Source: the human T2T-CHM13v2.0 reference genome, Homo sapiens
DNA: 64,000 nucleotides
Direction: 5' to 3' (one strand)
Assembly: GCF_009914755.1 (NCBI RefSeq)
Contig: NC_060929.1
The notes below the pieces were generated by a model. It saw only the letters and a program-made list of their open reading frames with translations. It was not told the origin of the DNA and did no database searches. This document shows positions 18,090 through 31,512 of this stretch, piece by piece. The position numbers and the translations under genes were made by a program. The stretch's first letter is position 1. Every line of letters begins with the position of its first letter.

Positions 18090-19444
18090 TACATTTTTAT
18101 TACTGCAGATTTTATCCTGGCACTTGAAAATTCGTTTGCAATTTTGGAAGCAGGAAATACTTTTGGTGTGTTTCCATTGGTCATTTGAGCTGAAAAGATT
18201 GAGTGTGGAAAGTCATTACAATTTCTGCTATGGTTGTTTTATTTTTATCTGAATTTCCTTTCATCGGAAAATTTGTTACTTTATCCGTTTCTTTAGCACT
18301 ATTTGAGGAAATCATCTATCACTTAGGCTTAGCTGTTAGTATATCCTGCCTTATATCTGACTTTCCAATATGTTCAATACTGAATGAACAATTGTGTACT
18401 GTAGAAAGAGCTTCAAAACATCTTTTCTCTGATACCAAATATTTTAAAAATTAATCATGAAACTTATACTTGCATTTTGATTCAAATATACATAAATGAA
18501 AATAGGCAATAGGGTAGATCTCATATTAAGTATCCTTAACACAAAATATAAAATAAAAAATAAGTTAATAACAATAATTGAAAATACTAATTTCGATCAT
18601 CTCACTCACAAGAGTGAAGCATAATTACCAATAAATTGAGGCTGAGCTATTGAAAGGTTGGAAGCTTACAAACTAACAATAAACTTGAACTTGATATGTG
18701 ACACAGAAAAGTCGAACTTGATGCATGCCTGCAAGGGAGAACTGTGTTTGCAGTAACAGGATCCCTGAAGAAAGCCAGAGCTGATCTTATCCAAAATTTT
18801 AAGCAGCTCAGTGTCTGGGACTGGCGAATTTTCAGAGGCAGGGATGTTTATGGACTGTTAGATTTTCAAGCGTGTTAGTGTGGTCACTGGAATTAGACGG
18901 TTGTCGACTGGCTAACTTCCAGAAGCACGGTCACTGGAAGGAGGGACTTGCTGACCAACCGTGGTCTAGAAGCAGCACTCAAGTGGCATTCAGAAGCTGG
19001 AGGCTGTCAGGAAGTTGATTTCAGAAGCATGGCTGCTGGCAGCGAGGCCATCATTGATTTTTCAGACCACGTGTACTGATCCAAAGATCTAATTATTGGG
19101 GATTATTTTACAACTTAGGAATTTGGCCAAAAGAACAGTCTTTTCCTTTCTTTAATACGGAAAACAAGTACTTTTATTCTCACTTCCCCCTTTTGCCTTC
19201 CCTCAGTCAAACACATAGGATAAAACATAAGAGATGGTTCAGATCTTTATTTGTGGAGGTATGATTTCCAACTTGTATTGCCACTTAAGCGATTTAAGCG
19301 CCAATTACTGAAGCAGAACCGTAGCTCAAAGTGCTGATTTTTCATTAATGAGGGGAGAAACCCTGAATACATTTAAGGCATCCTAACAAAGTTAATACAG
19401 GATTCAGGACAAAATCATTAAATACAGGACGTTTGGCAACCCTA
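18090..19444 (-). mobile_element. hAT-superfamily DNA transposon fossil (Blackjack-like): transposase remnant and terminal inverted repeat
   Basis: Minus strand encodes EALSTVHNCSFSIEHIGKSDIRQDILTAKPK and KVFPASKIANEFSSARIKSAVIK (decayed hAT N-terminal motifs); TIR-like tagggttgccaaacgtcctgtattt at 19420-19444. Confidence 0.55.
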
Positions 19445-20245
19445 CCTGTGAGTCAGCTTTCTCCTCACTTGCCACTCTCACCTATTTGCCTATGAAAACC
19501 ATGCCTTATTTATTCTAATACATGATTATCTGTCTCCTGTTCTCCATCAATGCTGTCCCTGTTTGAGTTGGAACCCTCATTTACCTATTACTTGAATTTA
19601 AACAGCCCAGATTTCCTGGGTGGCATCAGTCATCAGCTTTCTTCAACCCCATACGCTTATCTTCTATGGAATTTCCCTTGCTTACCATCTTTGACTCCAC
19701 CGATTTTACCATAAAATCCAAACTCCTTAGCTTGGCAAATAAGGCCTTTTGTGATTTGGCTTCTGCCTTCTACTCGAGCTTTAACATTTGTCATTTTCCT
19801 GCTCACTAGTTCTAAATTAAGTTTTCCAAATGTCCTATTATCCACCTGTGGTTTGGCGCATGCTGTTTCCTCTTAATCGGAATGCTTCTGTCTCCCTCGG
19901 AGTTCCTACTATTCTCCCCAAATATAGCCCAGGCATCATTGCCCCTGGAAAGCTTTGATGTCTCCAGGCTTTCTTCATGAGTCTCTTTCTTCATCCTGTG
20001 CAAATCTTTACAATATTTTCATAGTGGAACATATTGTCATAACTTATTTGCCTACTGAAACAACAAAAACTGCAATATAATCTGCTTGCTCATTTGCTAG
20101 CCCAACTCCATCCCCTTCCCAATTCATGGCTTCTTGAAGAAAAGCCTGTGTCTGTCTTAAAACTTGTACAGTTTTAAAACTTGTAAACTTGTATAGTACC
20201 TGCTCCAAAGTTAAAAAATATTTACTGTTGAGAAAAACTTAGGAC

Positions 20246-20615
20246 TGTAATGTCCCCCCTCAAACTGGGAAGGAGCCGAGAGACCAAAGAATGACTCAGA
20301 CAAGTCCAGCTTGATGAGCAGATGAGTTTATTATGACTTCCATACAGGGCTCTCCTGGACTGCAGCAGGACAGCTCTGGAGATCTGCACCACCTCGCACC
20401 TCTAAGCTGCTTTTAAGCCAGTTTTCTGGCTCTTTGCCTCGTGTGTGATTGGACTGTTTGCTTAGTGTGTTCCCAGATACTCTGGGATGTTTGGGTTCTC
20501 AGGGACACTTGCTCCTCAGCTGGGCACCATGGCCTCTGCTTACTGTCCAGACTTCAGGGCTCAAGTAGTGGATATAAACCCTTAGGTAACCTGGTAGGGG
20601 ATCTGTCACACTACA
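20246..20615 (-). mobile_element. ERV solo LTR (family not assigned)
   Basis: tgtaa...ctaca termini, about 370 bp, AATAAA on minus strand near 20327. Confidence 0.65.
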
Positions 20616-20637
20616 CTAAGTTTATGAAACAATTCAC

Positions 20638-20977
20638 ATGTCTTGTTTGGGCTGCTGTAACAAAATAACCTCATCATACTAGGTAACTAATAAAATATTT
20701 CTCACAGTTCTGGAGGCTGGGAAACCCATTTAAAGTGCTAGCAGGTTTGGTGTCTGGTTATGGCCATCTTGATTCAAAGAAGGTATCTTACCACTGTGCC
20801 TTCACATGGCTGAAGGGCAGAACAAGCTCCCTTGGGGCTCTCTGATAAGGGCACTGAGGGCTCCGCCCTTCTGATCTGATCACCTCTTCACACATCCCAC
20901 TTCATGATACCATCACCTTGGAGGTTAGCATTTGAACACAGGGATTTGGGGGAGACATAAACATTGAGACCATAGCA
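20638..20977 (-). mobile_element. MaLR LTR (MST/MLT1A-like)
   Basis: gggctgctgtaacaaaata...tctcacagttctggaggctggg...acataaacattgagaccatagca. Confidence 0.8.
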
Positions 20978-21068
20978 ATGTCCTTTTCAAGAGTTTGCCA
21001 CAGGTGTTAGATTTGCGAAAGTTCTTCTGATGTGTTCGTTATAAATTTAAAAAATACATATTTAGGGT

Positions 21069-21422
<354 letters not shown>

Positions 21423-21559
21423 CTAATACAGTTCAGGGCATATAACTGGTACACCTAATAAATGACTTCAGAGAAATAAAATCCAAAACCAAGTTAAGAC
21501 AGTTGAGTAGAAAATTCACAACTACTAGAACAAAAGACCAGATTTTTCTTTTTCTTTTT

Positions 21560-22090
21560 TAATGAAATCCATGCATAAGTTTGACATCAGGGTAGGAAAA
21601 GGACAAACCCCAGAGACTGAGAGGTAGTTCATAATTCATTTTTCTTTTATTTTGGTCCTTTTCTCTAAAAAGGTACAATTTGATCAAGCTATTAAAATGC
21701 TATAAAAATATTACCAGTTTGGTGGTCTTCTAATGAGAAATCTAAAGCACACCTCCCCACCCACTCGGATATCTGTTTCTGATGATCACGTGACATCTAG
21801 CATATACGTCTGTAGGAAAAGGGAAAAAGCAAACCCATTTCACAAATGGCTAAAGTCAATGTCTTCAATTGTAAATTCTTCATCTCAGGTTATTTTTTTA
21901 AGTGTCTGACAGGCACAAACACTTTCCTCATATCTATTATATAGCTGAGGTTTATCCATGGAATTAAATACCTAATGAGGGCTAAATTATTACAGTTTTT
22001 TTCACATCCATTACATTTATTACATCTCTCTCAAGGATGTATTCTTCGATGAGCTTTGGTTTAAGGCTTTCACACATACAAATCTACTTT
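21560..22090 (-). other. ZNF354A: ZNF354A 3'UTR
   Basis: Follows the TAG at 22091-22093; AATAAA (tttatt) at about 21646-21651; exact 3' end uncertain. Confidence 0.6.
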
Positions 22091-23652
22091 CTAGGGGTCC
22101 TCTTCGATATGAATTTTATAATGATTAGTAAGGGATGACCTATGGTTGAAAAGTTTCCCACATGTATTACATTCATAGGGTTTCTCTCCAGTATGAATTC
22201 TCTGATGTGCAATACGTGATGAGCTTTGTCTAAAAGTTTTTCCACATGTATTACATTTAAAGGGTTTTTCTCCTGTATGAATCCTTCGATGCTGAATAAG
22301 AGCTGAACTTTGGCCAAAAGATATCCCACATTCCTCACATCGATATGGTTTCTCTCCAGTATGAATTCTCTGGTGATTACTAAGTGATGAGTTACACCTG
22401 AATGTTTTCCCACACTCGTTACATTTATAGGGTCTTTCTCCAGTATGCATTCTCTGATGTTGAATGAGAGCTGAACTCTGTCTGAAGGCTTTTCCACATA
22501 CTTTACATTTACATGGTTTTTCTCCAGTATGAATTCGCTCGTGAATAATAAGTGTTGAGTGGGAGCTTAAGGCTTTACCACATTCATTACAATTATAAAA
22601 CTTCTCTCCAGTATGAATGATTCGGTGTCTATTAAGTCGTGAAATAGAAGTAAAGCCTTTCCCACATTCATTGCATCTATAGGGCTTTTCTCCGGTGTGA
22701 ATTCTTTCATGTTGAATAAGAGAGGCACTCTGGCTGAAGGCTCTCCCACATTCACTACATTTAAAAGGCTTCTCTCCAGTGTGAATTCTCTGATGATAAC
22801 GAAGGGATGAGCTAGACTTAAAGGTGTTGCCACATTCATTACATAAGTAGGACTTCTTTCTAGAATGAATTCTTTGACATCCAGAAAGGGATGTGCTGCA
22901 ACTAGATGCCTTCCTACCCGGATTATACTTACAAGGGTTTTCTTCAGCATGAATTTTTTGATGTATAAAAAGGCCTGACCTTCGGCTGAAGGATTTACCA
23001 CATTCTTTACATCTGTAGGATTTCTCCACAGTATGGGTTCTTAGATGTTTATAAAGGGATGTACTGAGAGTAAAGGCTTTCCCACATTCTTTACATATGT
23101 AGGGTTTCTCTCCAGTATGCGTTATTTGATGTTGAATAAGAGCTGAACTTTGGCTAAAGGCTTTTGAACATTCTTTACACTTAAATAGTTTCTCTCCACT
23201 ATGGTTTTTCTCATGTTTACGAAGGGATGAAGTGTTAATGAAGGTTTTTTCACACAGACTACATTTATAGCGTTTATCTGCTGTAATTTTTGGTTGATTA
23301 AGTAATTGTGAATTCTGTTTGAGGCTGTTTCCTTGTATTTCACATTTTGGTGGTGTTTTTTCTCTGGGAAGTATCTGTTGCCTAATAAGCACTGACTTTG
23401 GGCTGAAGTTTTGGCTCAATTCAGTATTTTTATGGCTTCTTTCTATAGTGGGGATTTTTTTGTGGGTGGCTGAAACTATCTGAAAACTTCCCTTTTTATC
23501 CTGCTTTTTCTCTAATCTGCCTTCATATATGTAAGGCTTTTCTAATTTCAAATCCCAAGGTACATTCCTGTTGGATCTTTTCAGTATCAGTCCCTGAAAT
23601 GAAGAGTCTTGTGTTTGCGTTGACTTTGTGGTTTTATGACTGCTCTTCGATC
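22091..23652 (-). CDS. ZNF354A: ZNF354A last exon: spacer plus 13 C2H2 zinc fingers (4+9)
   Basis: Acceptor tttttttccctccag at 23653-23654; [15 protein letters not shown]...TGEKPY linkers...HIEEDP*; matches KID-1/ZNF354A. Confidence 0.97.
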
Positions 23653-24049
23653 CTGGAGGGAAAAAAAAAATCAAAAATGTTTCATGTGATATCATAGCAT
23701 CTGACTACTGAGACTAAAAGTGTAGAAGGAATAAATATTGGTGACATTTAAATAAGACCCTGATATCTGTATGAAAAAAATTGCAAAAAGAAAAAATAGG
23801 ACAGTTAGACAGTATAATAAAATATAATTGACAGCAATTTAAGTACTAGGGTGAAGAATAAAATAAAGCAAACCCATTTAAAGAGGGTGAGAAAGAGTGA
23901 CCAGAAGAATTGGCTAATGAAGAACAGAGAAAAGGGTTATAAAGGGATCATGAGTTGAAAGAGGAAGTTTGGGGTTAGGACCCAAAACCCATGATGGAAT
24001 CCTAATTTTTTTTTGTTTTTTTTTTTTGACATTTATCTTCTTTGTGTAA

Positions 24050-24351
<302 letters not shown>

Positions 24352-24739
24352 TAATCTGGAAAGTCCCTCCACCCCATGTCAAATTCCCTTATATCCTTCA
24401 GATTCAGTTCAAAAATGGACTCTCTCAATCCTTTGACTCTGAGCAGCCACGGTCCCTTCTCCTTACTATAGCACTTACCAGAGTATTAAACATATGTATT
24501 ACTGACCTTTATAATATATGCACACATATATAGTATATTATAGTTCTATATCTATGTCTGTATGTATCTCACTTTCCTTTTCTGAAGTAACTGTTCTTCA
24601 CAAGCAGATCAGAATGCCCTATTTTCCTACAGATCCTCTTGACAGCACTCCAATTATATACAAAAGTTGTATGTTTTGTTAATCTGCCTTAATTACTTAT
24701 ACATTCCTAACTGGAACAATGTCAAATATTCTTACGTAT

Positions 24740-24841
24740 TTCATATATATACAAATATGCACATGTGTTATACATACATACACATACATACTTCATATAT
24801 ATACAAATATGCACATGTGTTATACATACATACACATACAC
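24740..24841. repeat. 52-bp tandem duplication (AT/CA-rich)
   Basis: ttcatatatatacaaatatgcacatgtgttatacatacatacacataca.. x2. Confidence 0.9.
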
Positions 24842-25768
24842 ATTTCAGACCCTTGTAGAAGTTGCCTCCTAGGCCAGTACATGGGTGATTAGAGAGGTTT
24901 CAGGGCCAGTTCAAACAGGAGGGCCCTGTTATTGAATTAATCGACAAGAGGTGCCACAAGACAGGCCTAGAGCCAAGAGGTGCAAGATAGGAAGGCAGCC
25001 TACTCATGCATCAAGCAAGAGAGGTTACATGGGATGGCTGAAAAGAGTCAAAGATCAACAATAAGACAGGCATGGATATATAAGATAAAGCATGGTTAAC
25101 ATGGAAAAGTAAAGAACAGAAGTGAAGAAATATTAAAATTGGATAAGAACACAATTCAATAGATAGTAAATTCTCTCAGGGGAACGGTTATGCACATAGT
25201 CTTAGCATCTTCTCTTGGGGTAGAGGTAACTGTTTAAAGGGACCATTTGTGTCTCACTGTATTTGCGATTCCTGTATGACAGTCACTTTCACACATCTAC
25301 AAATTACTTCTGCTTAACAAACACAATACATCTTGCTTTTCCCTTATTAGTGTTCACTTACTAGTTCCCTTCATGGATAACTCTTCTTCCATTCCTTCTT
25401 TAAATAATGGTATTCCCTAGGGTTTTGGATTTTTTTTTCACTCCACACACCCTCCCTGACTAACTTCACATGCCTTATATCTTTATACTATTTACTGTAA
25501 GGGAAAGCAGAGTTTCTTAACTTTATGCTTAACACCTTCCTAGTTCCTTCTCCGTTTCAGTCTTGCTAAATTAAGTGATCAAATTTTAATACATTATTTA
25601 GGCCAAATATATGGAGGGGGCAGTGGCAAAAATGAAGTGCTTTTTCCCTGTGAATATCGGTCGTTGTTTCTAGGCTTAATATATGTGCTGGGAAGAAGGC
25701 AGCAGCAAGATTCTGCAACTTGGATTCTAGCTTGTAAGGCAATGATACAGAACCTGCCTTAGGCCTAG

Positions 25769-26226
<458 letters not shown>

Positions 26227-26826
26227 ATCTTTCTAAGATCAATATTTTACTATGTGGCAAACTTCCTTAAGGTCCTCCAATAGATTTTCAATGATTCACA
26301 TCTGAAGTCTCTTAAGAGTCTTGAAGACTCTTAGGCGTCCTTAACATGGTGAATAGAGTACTATCTGATCTGACCTTTATCCACCTGTCCTCACCCCCTC
26401 TTCCCTGGCTTCTTGCCAGGTATGCTGAACTACATGCAGCTTCAGGAGCACTCCATGACTTGACTTGTTTATCTTTACATATGCTGGCAGCATCCTTTCC
26501 ATTCACAAGTACTCATTAAGTGCCTACTATGGGCCAGGTAATGTTCTGGGGAATGCAGATAATGTATTCAATAAGACAGGGTTCCAGCCTTTAAGGAGCT
26601 TATACTTTGGAGTGTGCGCATGTGCTGGGGAAGGAGGGGGATGAAGGGACAAATAACAAGTACGTAATAAAAGTCATGTGGATAGCTGAAGAAAGTGCTC
26701 AAGAGCTCCCTGGGCAAAGGAACCAACACACACAAAAGTGAGGCTGACTTAGGAACAGCAGAGAGACTGGCCAGAGTAGAGCGAGAAGAGGGAAAATGGT
26801 GAAATGATAAAATAAGCCTGGAACGG

Positions 26827-27126
26827 GGCCGGGCGTGGTGGCTCACAGCTGCAATCCTAGCACTTTGGGAGGCCGAGGTGGGTGCATCACCTGAGATCAG
26901 GAATTCAAGGCCAGCCTGGCCAACACGGTGAAATCTGTTATCTACTAAAAATACAAAAATCAGCCGGGTGTGGTGGCACACGCCCATAATCCCAGGTACT
27001 CGGGAGGCTGAGGCAGAGAATTGCTTGAACCCAGGAGGCAGAGGCTGCAGTGAGCCCAGATCACATGACTGCACACCAGCCTGGGCGACAGAGTGAGACT
27101 CCATCTCAAAAAAAAAAAAAAAAAAA
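26827..27126 (+). mobile_element. Alu
   Basis: Full dimer. Confidence 0.95.
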
Positions 27127-27516
27127 GTAAACAAAAAATAAAAAACAAAAGAGTGGAGCAGGAGGTGGGGGACAAATCCTCTAAGGCCCAGGTCATCCTA
27201 AGGACTGGAATTTAAGCCTACGGGAAGCCACTGGGGAATTATGTGTTCATTTGAGTTGGCTGCTGCGTGGACCGACTACGCTGGGGCACCAGTGGAAGCA
27301 GGGAGGGGAGAGGCTACTGAAGAAGCTACTGCAGCTCTTCACGTGAGAAAGGGCTGGAGGTACAGATGACTATGCCAGGCTGTACAGTGAAGGAAGAGCT
27401 AGCGGGACCAAGAATAACAAGACTCAGGACTCCCAGGAAGCTGAGAGGGAAACAGGAAAGTTAGGGATCATGCCTAGGTTTCTAGCCAGAATTCTGAGAG
27501 CTGCCACCAACCACCA

Positions 27517-27578
27517 AGAAGGGAAAGACCAGGAAAGGGGCAAGGCTAGAAGGGGAAGACCAGGAAAGGGGCAAGGCT
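27517..27578. repeat. 31-bp tandem duplication
   Basis: agaagggRaagaccaggaaaggggcaaggct x2. Confidence 0.9.
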
Positions 27579-28764
27579 GAGGGGGCATTCTGTTTCTGGT
27601 ATGTTTGTGATGGCTGAGATGCCTTAATAGAGTTGCAGGAAGATACTGAAATACTAGATTGTATTTATTATTCTGGAGATCTGGGGGAGGTCAGAGCTAT
27701 AGACAGGCATTTGGGGGTCAGCAGCATGTGGGTTTGATTTAAAGCTGAAGAACTGAAAGGAATCACTTAGACACTGAAATATTACGAGGTTAAGAAGAAT
27801 AATATCAGGAGAGTACAGTGTTCCAGAAGCCAAGGGAAGAAGTACTTCAGGGAGGAGTGAATAACTGTGGCAAATAATTTGAGGACTAAAAACTTAATCC
27901 TGATTGTGGCAAGACGGAGGTTGTTTGGGATTTAATAACAGAGCTATCAGTGGAATTATAAGGAAGAAAGCCCAGCTGGAGTGCATGGAGGAAACAATGG
28001 GAGGTGAGAAAATAGAAACATCAAGAGCAGAAACCCTTTTCAACAGTTTCTAAAGGAGAGTAAGCAAATGTGACATGGGGAGCTTTTATTTTTTAATGGA
28101 TATGATTACGACTCGGAAGTCCATTATCAATTCTGGAAAACTCATCCCAACTCTAAAGTGCCAATATTTTAGTCCTGAAATCATGTTTTTCACAGAAGCA
28201 GACGTAAGTTTTGGATTGTGGATATCCTGACTCTTCCTTATGATCTGTTTAGAACTTTCTAGAGGCCTACAAATAGGTCTCCTGAGGTGCAGTTCAACCT
28301 TTGCTTCCTCCTAGAATCAAGCCCAGTCCTCAGCTACCTGTTAAACAAGGTGAAGACCTAGGTCAGAAGTTGAGAAGCCAGAATCATCTTGCTGATGGCC
28401 ACTGCCCTGACCACTTCCTGTTATCAGGTCTAGACTCTTCCACCTGGACTCTCACTACACCCAGAGAGTGTTTCTTCAACCCTATCTCCCTGGATGATTT
28501 CATTTACTCCCACACCTCTTATGTGTACGACTATCCTGAAAAATACTTTACAGAGGTCTTTCCAACTGCCGGTTAGAATTTCCACTTGTGTATCTTTCTT
28601 TTTAAATTCAGCCTGTCCAAATCTGAACCCAGAGCATTCCTTTTCAAACCTTTTTTATATGTTTTCCAGTTCAAAATGACACCATCATCTCTTCAGTTAA
28701 TTTACCGTAAATTCTTAGTTTTATCTTAGAATTTCTCTTCCCTAGGCAGTCATCAAAATCTTCA

Positions 28765-28977
28765 TTTTTTTGTTTTTTGAGAGACAGGGTCTTGCTCTGT
28801 TGCCCAGGCTGAAATGCACTGGTGCCATCATAGCTCACTGCAGCCTCAAACTCCAGGGCTCAAGCGATTCTCCCACCTCAGCCTCCTGAGCAGCAGGAAC
28901 TACGGGTGCACACTGCCAAGCTTGGCTAATATTTTTATCTTGCGTAGTGACAGGGTTTCATTGTGTTGCCCAGGCTG
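28765..28977 (-). mobile_element. Alu (AluJ-like), partial
   Basis: Diverged antisense Alu. Confidence 0.85.
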
Positions 28978-29695
28978 CACATTCTCTTAAATCTCATCAC
29001 TAAAATGTCTCTAATAAGCCATCGTGAATATGTCTAAGTTCAGGATCTCCTCACTGTAGAGTGACTTGCTCCTGATCTTAAGTTATTCCTTTGACCTGTT
29101 TCTTGCCTTTCCAGTATTATTTCCCACTGGATTTACCCCTCTTAATACACAGAATTGGTCATGTTATTTCAAAAAGCATTGGTCACGCCTTACTTTATTA
29201 ATTTATCAAATATTTAAAAAGTACCTACTATGTATTAGGCTCTATCCTAGGCATCGGTGATCCACAGTTCCCTACGGATCCAGTAATTAAAAGGAACAGT
29301 TGATTTCTTCAGAGAGTTTATAGTCAGACATTAGAAATGAAGACATCAGTAGGTAATCACAATACAATGTGACAATTTCTACAATAGAAACATAAGCTAG
29401 AAATGGACGTGAACACGAGCTTAGAATCATATCCAACTGTCCTTAGATAGTGAGGGTGCAGGTAGAAAAGGGGTGCAGCAGGACGCTGCTGGAGTGTTTC
29501 GTAAGAATTGACATATAAGATAGGATGTGAAAGGAATCGCCATAGGCTAGATGAAGGGGTAGCACAAGGGCTGAAGGCAGCACCCAAGTCTTTGAATGCA
29601 AGTCAGTTTTCCAGACTTATTTGCTGAAGTATCCACCCCCACCTTATCCTATAGCTAGTCAGAGTAAAAGCTCCACCTATAAAAATGTCACTTGC

Positions 29696-30147
<452 letters not shown>

Positions 30148-30284
30148 TTAGAAATGTTGTTGTGGTAACTCTTATTTTTAAAGCTTTTAACATAGAAATT
30201 TTCAGCATATGTAAAAGTAGTGTGAATTGTACAGTGAATCTCCAGCCAGTTTCAATAACCAGCAACACTATTCTATTGACAACC

Positions 30285-30750
30285 TTGTTATGGGCTGAAC
30301 CGCATCATTCAAAAGAGAGACGTAGAAGTCCTAACTTCCAGGACCTCAGAACGTGACCTTACTTTAAAATATGGTCTTTGCACGTTCAATCAAATTAAGA
30401 TGAAGTCATTGGGGTGAGCCCTAATCCAGCGTGACTGCTGTCCCCGTAAACTGGGGAAATTTGGACACAGGCATCCAGAAGGAAAGATGATGTGAAGACA
30501 CCGGGCGAACACAGTGTGAAGACGGAGGCACAGATAGGACTGATGCAGCTGCAGGCCACGGAGATCTCCAAGTTGGCCATCGCTACAAGCTAGCAAAAGG
30601 CAAGGAAGAATTCTATGCAGAGTCTCAGAGGGAGCGGGGCCCTGCGAATATCTTGATTTTGACCTTCAGAACTGTGAGACAGTAAATCTCTACTGTTTTA
30701 AGCCACGAAGCTTGTGGTACTTCAGTATGGAGCCCTAGCAAACTAACACA
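30285..30750 (+). mobile_element. MaLR LTR (MLT1C-like)
   Basis: tgttatgggctgaac...gtgaccttactttaaaat...gaactgtgagacagtaaatc...gccctagcaaactaaca. Confidence 0.8.
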
Positions 30751-31211
30751 AACCCTTTCATCTCGTCCACTAGGTTATGCTAGAGCACATCCCAGACAGC
30801 AAAATCATTTCATCTGTAAAAACATCAAAACCGCTCTTAGCACATCCATCAAAATTAACACCACTGCTTGCAGTTACTTTTGCCCCTAGAATACCTACAC
30901 TAATAAGTCAAACTGCTGCAATGTAAAGGCAATTCAAATAATTCTTTTTGTGGCTAAGCCACCAACCTGGAACACAATTAGGGTTGTTTCATTCTGCTTT
31001 CAATATGTAGGGGGTACTTTCTCATTTTTGTTTAATTTTGTCTTATAATTTTATAAACCATTTTTATAGTTCTGAAGTCAAAATTTTGAGACCTCAAAAA
31101 GTCATAGATTCTACCCCTGTTCCATCCTTTTTCTTCCTTCACCTTAGAGATAACCATTTTTATTGATCTCCTTTTTTTTCTTTTGCTTTTATCTTTCTAA
31201 AAAAAATAATT

Positions 31212-31512
31212 GCACTGCTTAATGACTGGGATATGTTCTGAGATACGCGTTGTTGGCGATGTTGTGCAGTCATCAGAGTGTGTTACACAAATCTAGATGG
31301 TATAGGCTACTACACACCTAGGCTATACCCCTATACAGCATGTTACTTAGCTGAATACTGTAGGCTACTGTAACACAATTGTAAGTATTTGTGCATCTCA
31401 ACATATTAAAACATAGAAAAGGGACAGGAAAAATGCAGTATTATCATCTATGGGAGCATCATCATATATGTAGGCTATCATTGACTGAAACATTATGCGC
31501 TCCATGACAGTG
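31212..31512. mobile_element. Tigger3/MER7-like DNA transposon
   Basis: acacaaatctagatggtataggctactacacacctaggcta...tgaatactgtagg; TIR-like ends. Confidence 0.7.

Larger units (their letters stand above)
26505..28100 (-). mobile_element. L2 fragments interrupted by an Alu
   Basis: ccattcacaagtactcattaagtgcctactatgggccagg and purine-rich L2 body motifs. Confidence 0.6.

Noticed and set aside
22084-23343. Alternative-frame ORFs inside the zinc-finger exon (REFILERNP repeats)
   Set aside because: Typical frameshifted shadows of C2H2 arrays.
23653-23695. N-terminus [14 protein letters not shown] of the 534-aa ORF
   Set aside because: It is the intronic polypyrimidine tract upstream of the true acceptor at 23653-23654.
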